DNA from: Nemertoderma westbladi
Taxonomy: Eukaryota > Animalia > Xenacoelomorpha
Direction of reading: 5' to 3'
Assembly: GCA_032718475.1 (NCBI GenBank)
Contig: JAUCBJ010006151.1
Location: forward strand, 1 to 42,230
DNA: 42,230 nt
A model generated the notes under the pieces. That model was given only the letters and a program-made list of their open reading frames with translations, did not search any database and was not told the DNA's origin. A program made the translations under genes and the position numbers. This document shows positions 36,154-42,230 of the stretch, one piece after another. Every line of letters starts with the position of its first letter. The stretch's first letter is position 1.

Positions 36154-36417
36154 ATATGAATGGGAGTATCTTTTAGGCTCGTTAAGCCAAGGAATGCCTG
36201 TTCACCACCATGTCTCATCTTCCACAGTAAACCCTTCCACTCTATTTCCCATGTTTCCTTGGTTCCCATTTATCGACCACTGAAGGATGAAAGCCGGGGT
36301 TGGGCTAGGCTGCAGCATTTATGCACCATGCCCAAACAGTGCTGCCCCATCTAGTGATAGAACCAGGGATTCCATTATTGAAAGCCCAGGAATGTCATCA
36401 CTAGACCAAGCTGCTGC
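36154..36417 (-). mobile_element. tRNA-derived SINE with a conserved central domain
   Basis: The minus strand shows an A-box (AGCTTGGTCTAGTG), a B-box-like GGTTCTATCAC and the core CTTTCATCCTTCAGTGGTCGATAAATGGGAACC (Nin/Deu-like). The 3' tail is shared with 9380-9465. Confidence 0.7.
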
Positions 36418-36670
36418 TTTTTTTCACTTAGTATTTAGTATTATACAATATAATGAATATAATATATTTGGTAGTCTTAGGATAAATTTGATAATAAAGT
36501 TCAATGCATGACTACTGTCGATGAGAGAGAGACAGATGTTGCTAATACCGATGGTGCCTGACCTGTTTCTAGAAAAATTTAAGCTCATACATCTTCATTG
36601 ATAATCTTCAGTCTCATATCTTCAGTACATCTACTATTGATTAATTGGTTGCAAGAAAGCCCAGGTCACC

Positions 36671-37605
36671 TACTAGTACTAGTATCGGCATGCTGCATTG
36701 CAGCTGCATTTTTAAGAATGCTGTGCCGGCTTGTCGACAAAATTGCGCCGGCACAACTCCCTATCACCCATGACATTTGCTAGATCATCCGCATCTTCAA
36801 GACCAATGTCCTTTAAGATGCGTCTCAAGAAAGTCATGGGCTGTCCACCATGCTTATTCATTCCATGAGGCTGCCAAAGTACAAGATTATGCCCTGGCTG
36901 GTCCTCACGGCGAAAGCAATGTCCTGCAAAGCGGAGGCGATTTAGTTCTAGTGTCAAGCTTGGGGGAACCAATGAGACACCTCCAATGTTATGTAGTGTC
37001 TGGTTGGAGATGTGTGCATTGTACTTGACACAATGAACCCGGCGTAGCATTCTTGTGAATGTGCCATCCAGAGATTTGGTGTCCTCAGCAGTTAGAGCCC
37101 AGCATGGACTCCCATAGACGAGTACTGGAACTACTGCTGCTCTAAATAATCGGACTCGATTTCCGATTAATTCTTGGTGACTTCCAAATCCTGGAAAGCC
37201 TATTCAAGGCTGCCCATGCCTTTCCCTTACGTATTCGAAGGTCCTCACCTGACTTCCGGATCCATGATCCCAGGTAACAGAAGTCGTCCACATGCTCGAG
37301 CATGCCATCCTTTTAGCTTATGCTCATCCGATCAGAGACTTGCTGAGGACTTTCAAAGTTAACTGTCAAAAGTTTGGTCTTTCTAGAGTTAATAAAAAGA
37401 CCAACACTAGAAGCAGCATGTTCTAATGAGCTGAGGAGCCGTTGGGCTCCCTCTAGTGATTCTGGGAGTACTCCTAAGTCATCAGCAAAGTCTAGATCAG
37501 TTAGGTACTTGGCAGGATTTCCTCGACTTCTGGAGCCAGTAGGTGGAGTTATCATCACCCCATCATCATTATGATGATCTAAGGACATGCGTAGAACATA
37601 GTCAA
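36671..37605 (-). mobile_element. Degenerate 5'-truncated RTE LINE
   Basis: VDYVLRMSL...LTDLDFADDL...GLFINSRKTK and MLRRV...RLRFAGHCFRREDQP..LVLWQP, with a (TAG)-type tail at 36671. Confidence 0.88.
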
Positions 37606-37606
37606 C

Positions 37607-38574
37607 ATGCTTTATGATGACAGCATTCCTCTTGAGATTCCATTAGTCGACAATCCAAAGGATGATGAAGACAATGTCATAGAGGGAAATGACAGAAGTT
37701 ATGATTCTTATAGCATTGTAACTTCAATTCCTCATGCAGACACAATTGAGGTAAATGAAGATGTGGTGCAGCTTTCAACGCAGTACAGACAGTTGTTTTA
37801 TGCATCGTCCCCAAACACAAGCTCGATTCACAGTGAAGACATTGCTGGAAAATAAATAGGATATACAACAAGGAAGATACTTCGCAAAGTAGTAATGACT
37901 ACGATAATGTCAGTGACATTGAAGATTAAGGCGACTTTAATAACAGAACTCTACATGCCGATAATTTCAGCCGTGATGGTGAGAGCATTGAAGAAGATAT
38001 TGAGGAAATAGACACATCCATGTGCAGCACTGATGCTGTTGAGATGGCACTGTGGCTACCAACTCATGGGTAGATTCGTTTGGGTCTCAGCCGGAACTTC
38101 GACATCTTTATAACCACATTGTTGGAGGCATCAACGACGCCGCGGAGAATGAAGCATGCCGTAGTGACACTCCAAACTCGCTATCTCAGGTTGGGACCGG
38201 GTTGATTTGCTCTGATATCGCCGGTTTGAAACAGAATTACGATTTATTGGAAGGGAATGACACTTATGTGTATAAATTAGGATTGGAAAGAAATGCCAGT
38301 GTCGATAGAATTTCCAGAATTGAGGTTGTTCAATAAGTCAACAACTTCGATGAACAGGTTTGTCTAACTACATGATCATTCTAGATTGTACTGTAGCTTT
38401 CTCTATATAATTTAATGAGAACTGATAGCTATAAAACATAACCAATAGTTATTAATGATTTCTATTAGTTTTACATCTTACATGGCTTTATTTCTATTCA
38501 GGAAATTTTTCTTCAAAACACAGAATCCATGGGAAGACTAATTAAATGGAAGAAAGGTCGGAAACTTGGCAGTG
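37607..38574 (+). pseudogene. Disrupted exons: acidic low-complexity region followed by the start of a protein kinase domain (MAP3K/STE11-like)
   Basis: D/E/S-rich coding-like sequence with stops and frameshifts ends at donor GAACAG|GT (38357). Acceptor ttctattcag precedes exon 38502-38574, EIFLQNTESMGRLIKWKKGRKLGSG|gttagt (kinase subdomain I Gly loop). No later kinase exons were seen. Confidence 0.55.
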
Positions 38575-39076
38575 GTTAGTCAGTGTTATCTTTATAACCA
38601 CATGACTGTTGTTAGTGTTATGTTGATAACTACGTGGCAGTGGTTAGTGTTATATTTATAAATTCATTGCTATTTAATACAACAGTTCCTAAAATATTAA
38701 TAATAATATAGTAAATTAGTTATTTAACACATTGCCACACATGTGCGTGACTACCTACTGTAATATGAAATATTCACAGCGGGGATGGTAGTTTCAAAGC
38801 CAGAACATATCAATTAAGATCAATATGTAGCTTACCACCACAACTACATTACATTTTACATTTCAAGCATTCAAGCTTTATAGAACATAATAAACACATG
38901 TTTGTTTGCAAGCTAATTAGGTCTTAATTACTCATACTTCGTTTTCATGCACAGAAGCATTCAAATTTAGATCAATAACATAAGTACAGTATACAGTATA
39001 TCACCAGCAAAGCATATATACAGTAGAACTTATCAACATTATATAACCATTCAACACATTCGTGGGTCTTTGAGCA

Positions 39077-39344
39077 GGGCGAAGTAAGCAAACTTAGCAT
39101 AAGGGTTCTATTGTTTCAACTGTTTCCTAGACGCTCTCTAGAGGTAGACTGGTTAACTGCTGAGTCCCCCTACTCAAATTATAATTCGGATTTTTGACAC
39201 CGAAGTTTGTTTATTATTTTATCATATATTGATAGTTTATTAGCCTTTAAACATTCTTCAACCTCATACTGACGGACTGACCGACAGACAGACAATGGTT
39301 GAAACAGAGGTGCCCATATGCTCATCACGCTTACTTCATCGCCC
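39077..39344. mobile_element. DINE/HINE-like non-autonomous element
   Basis: Imperfect ~45-bp inverted ends (GGGCGAAGTAAGC...TGTTTCAAC and GTTGAAACA...GCTTACTTCATCGCCC) with an internal GACG/GACA microsatellite at 39270-39294. Confidence 0.6.
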
Positions 39345-39695
39345 CATATTTATTTGCAACATAATATTTACCTTATAAAAATTTCATTGCGTGCAAACGC
39401 TATACATAAATATGTATACCTAAACTGTAGTGTACTGTACAGTACACAGTATATTGTAAATAAATATCCACCCATTTCCAACAAAACCAAAAAAGCATTA
39501 ATAATATTATAATATACTGTACACCCTCAGAACAAAAGAAACAAAAGAAACAAACATTGGAATACACAGTTAGAGATTGAAATAAATTTAGATGAGTTGA
39601 GTTGATTAACAATAAATTCAATTGAGTTGAGTTGAGTTTAGGCCAGAATGGCAAGAGATGGGCACTGGGGACAGCTGAGGTGGTTACCATTTTTA

Positions 39696-39956
39696 GCGAG
39701 GCGCCGGTTTTGCGAAATTTAATTATTTTTGTTTTCTTGATGTTTACAGCTTACAGCTTACTGTTGAGGATGCACCAGTCATGTAGAACATTGAGGGCAG
39801 GTTGGAGTTCGGCTTGGTCAGTTGAGTATAAAATCAGGTCATTCGCGTCTATTATAAGATAAGATTTATAAGATTAGAGATTGCATTTAGAATTGTGTGG
39901 AATTTAGAAATCCGAAAAGCATGAAAAGCATTATGTCCCCTAACCTTGACTTTTGT
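39696..39956 (-). mobile_element. Decayed RT fragment related to the LINE at 15710-18633
   Basis: The minus strand translates ANDLILYSTDQAELQPALNVLHDWCILN...VNIKKTKIIKFRKTG, paralleling ADDLVFYSTNRDDVQLGLDALHRWSIEN..VNLTKTKIMKFRKAG. Confidence 0.75.
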
Positions 39957-39959
39957 TCA

Positions 39960-40214
39960 GAGCCACCACTTCTTCGCTGGGCATTGATTCTCAGGTAGGA
40001 CCAGCCTGTGCATGATCTTGTGCTTTGGTAGCCTGAGCCTCATGGAGAGAATAAGCATGCTGGGAAAGTCCGTGACTTTACTGACAGCAGCCTTGTAGAG
40101 ACAGATAACCTCGCGAAAGTAATGAGTGATGGGGAGTTTTGGGGACGCAATTTTGCCGAAAAGCCGGAATAGAATTTCTTGTAAGTTGCAATGCAGCGTT
40201 TCGATTATATAGTA
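39960..40214 (+). mobile_element. Third decayed RTE 3' fragment (family of the 10006 and 36671 copies)
   Basis: CTTCGCTGGGCATTG...GGACCAGCC...TCTTGTGCTTTGG...GCAATTTTGCCGAAAAGCCGG...GCAATGCAGC...TAGTAG parallels the reverse complement of 36671-36940. Confidence 0.75.
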
Positions 40215-40477
40215 GATTGAACACATATTATCACCCTTTTTTATGTGACCATGCCATTTGTCCCCAAGCGGAAGACATAGTAATATATAATTCGTCTGTG
40301 ACTGTATATTTCGCGAAGGTTTATTTGAAATTAAACGGCAATTATTTGACTTAGAACCCATATATTTATTGTTTATGAATGATATCGGACACTAAAAGTG
40401 CGAAATGTCTCCCCTAACAGTAAAAGGATAGCTTTCGCCACTGCTTTAACGTTTTCGATAACTTTCTCATAACTTTC

Positions 40478-40652
40478 GGTACTGACGCCCTGATCAGAAC
40501 AACTGACGTTTGCTTTAGAACTAAAAGTACCTTTTCATTTAGAACTAAAGTCCATTGGAACTAATGACATTTATTATTAGAACAAGTGACGTTTGGGTTT
40601 AGAACTAAAGTCCATTGGAACTAAAGTACTTTAGAACTAATGACGGGATACC
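40478..40652. repeat. Cluster of short AGAACTAAAGT/AGAACTAATGAC repeats, probably a DNA transposon terminus
   Basis: TTAGAACTAAAGTCCATTGGAACTAA occurs twice (about 40539 and 40599), plus shorter variants. Confidence 0.6.
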
Positions 40653-40779
40653 CTGCCTCGCCCCCACCCACATGATCTAGGCCGATTAGGTGTTCTGCTG
40701 TCTGACTGTATGTGCACATACTGTGTAGTAGAATAATTGTTATTACAACACCACATAACCAAACCATAAAGTTACGATA

Positions 40780-41502
40780 ATGATGTTTTATCAGACCGCA
40801 ACACTATATGCACTATACATGATACCACACATTATGGTATGTTATAGTGGTTTTGCATGCTATGAAGAAGGATCCATGACCATTAATGCAACTACTAAGG
40901 TCCTACAACAGGTGGTGGATGAAAGAATAGCGAATCTACAGAATAGCAATCAGCATTGGTTAGATGAAGCGCATTTCTCAACAGAACGCCATACAAATAA
41001 CAAACACATTCAACATACTTGCGAAGAATGTGCCGTTTATTTCATTCGATATATCGCTGTTCACGATGACACTGGTGATGAGTTCATGATCCAGTTAATC
41101 GTGGAAAAGTGCGTGAGCAATTCTTCTGGACTCGACTTTTGCCTGGCTCTGAATGAAGATAGGTGTCCAGCGTTTCTCCAACAGTTAGAAGATGGGTTTA
41201 AAATAGATCACCACAGTTTCGAGGACGTGGAAAGCATCCTAGATGACATCATTCGGGTTTGGATTGGTGTTAGGGATTCTATTCTTACTGGGTTCAGGGT
41301 CAAGAGTAGGCCATGCCAGGTGATGTGTTGTCCTGGTGATTGTCCAACACCAATCTGGGAGGTGAATCTAGCTACCACGACAACTAGCAGGGCGGTTGAA
41401 AAAACGACAACAGATGCGAATACCTCAAGCAGTTCGGAGATTGCTGCACCGATAATATTACACATAATTTTGTTGCTGGTTACATTCAATGGCGTATTTT
41501 AG
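40780..41502 (+). CDS. Single-exon, secreted and probably GPI-anchored Cys-rich protein (240 aa), divergent Ly6/three-finger-like
   Basis: Hydrophobic N-terminus; 10 Cys after the leader (ACYE, TCEEC, EKC, DFC, DRC, PCQVMCCPGDC); a Thr/Ser-rich stalk, SSSS and a hydrophobic C-terminus with no cytoplasmic tail. Confidence 0.75.
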   Translation: MMFYQTATLYALYMIPHIMVCYSGFACYEEGSMTINATTKVLQQVVDERIANLQNSNQHWLDEAHFSTERHTNNKHIQHTCEECAVYFIRYIAVHDDTGDEFMIQLIVEKCVSNSSGLDFCLALNEDRCPAFLQQLEDGFKIDHHSFEDVESILDDIIRVWIGVRDSILTGFRVKSRPCQVMCCPGDCPTPIWEVNLATTTTSRAVEKTTTDANTSSSSEIAAPIILHIILLLVTFNGVF

Positions 41503-41620
41503 AAACATTGAACTTCTTGTGGACACAATTAATTTACTAAAACAGTACTATATAATAATCAGGATACACTATATAGGCCTATTTGCTTCTGCACAATTTA
41601 GTTGGAAATAAGCGATTATT

Positions 41621-41909
41621 GGGGGGGGGGGGGGGGGGAGTGGAAAGTGGGTGGGGTAGGGGGGGAGTGGGATTGGGTGGGGTGGGGTAGGGGGGGGAGT
41701 GGAAAGTGGGTGGGGTAGGGGGGGGGGGAGTGGGATTGGGTGGGGTGGGGTAGGGGGGGAGTGGAAGTGGGTGGGGTAGGGGGGGGGGGAGTGGGCTTGG
41801 GTGGGGTGGGGTAGGTGGGGGGCTAGGGTGGGGTAGGGAGGGGGGTGGGGGGGGGGAGTGGAAGTGGTTGGGGTAGGGGGGGGGGGGTGTGGGGAGGTGG
41901 GGTGGGGGT
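41621..41909 (+). repeat. G-rich tandem repeat (units like GGGGGAGTGGAAAGTGGGTGGGGTA), G-quadruplex-prone
   Basis: Dense runs of 3 or more G with short loops. The Pro-rich minus-strand ORF here is an artefact. Confidence 0.9.
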
Positions 41910-42230
41910 GCTCTTACCCATAGAGAGACCATCACAAATGACGGTTGCATTAGAACAGTTAATCACTGTACCGTCCTCTTAGTAAATATACCAACGTTGA
42001 TTTGAACTATACACAGATAGTGGCCAGCTGACAAAGACCACAACCGATGCGGTGATTATAATTATATTATCAACACAACATTACGCATCCCAAACCCAAC
42101 CAAACTAACACATACAGACTATAGGTGTTGATGTATTTTTACTTACTAAATCGATAAGCAAAAATAAGTCGACATACCTCGGCCAAAATCCATCCGGTAT
42201 ACAGATAATATATAATACACACGAGTCCAC

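Noticed and set aside
41579-41950. Extensin/formin-like Pro-rich ORF
   Set aside because: It is the antisense translation of a G-rich simple repeat.

Overview
This is a eukaryotic (invertebrate animal-like) genomic window: AT-rich, with GT-AG introns and dense repeats. Positions 1-8690 are a 29-bp satellite array with local higher-order repeats. Three apparently intact host genes are intron-poor: a paraoxonase/arylesterase (PON, minus strand, 2 exons; the last exon at 8957-9136 is missed by the ORF track), an intronless tetraspanin (28544-29344), and a single-exon, Cys-rich, probably GPI-anchored protein with a divergent Ly6/three-finger-like pattern (40780-41502). There are also two broken gene remnants: a kinesin-2 (KIF17/OSM-3-like) tail and an acidic region leading into the start of a MAP3K-like kinase domain. 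The centre (about 15.5-25.9 kb) is a nested transposon stack that can be resolved by its target-site duplications (TSDs). An old MITE was hit by an RTEX-like LINE and by a ~110-bp insertion; a full-length RTE LINE inserted into that short element; and a Mag-like Gypsy element with 130-bp LTRs and no integrase inserted into the RTE's (AGGTC)n 5' tip. Nested TA-flanked foldback MITEs, SINE and LINE fragments, Helentron-type elements and 21-bp, 42-bp and G-rich tandem repeats fill the rest. Family assignments come from remembered motifs, not database searches.
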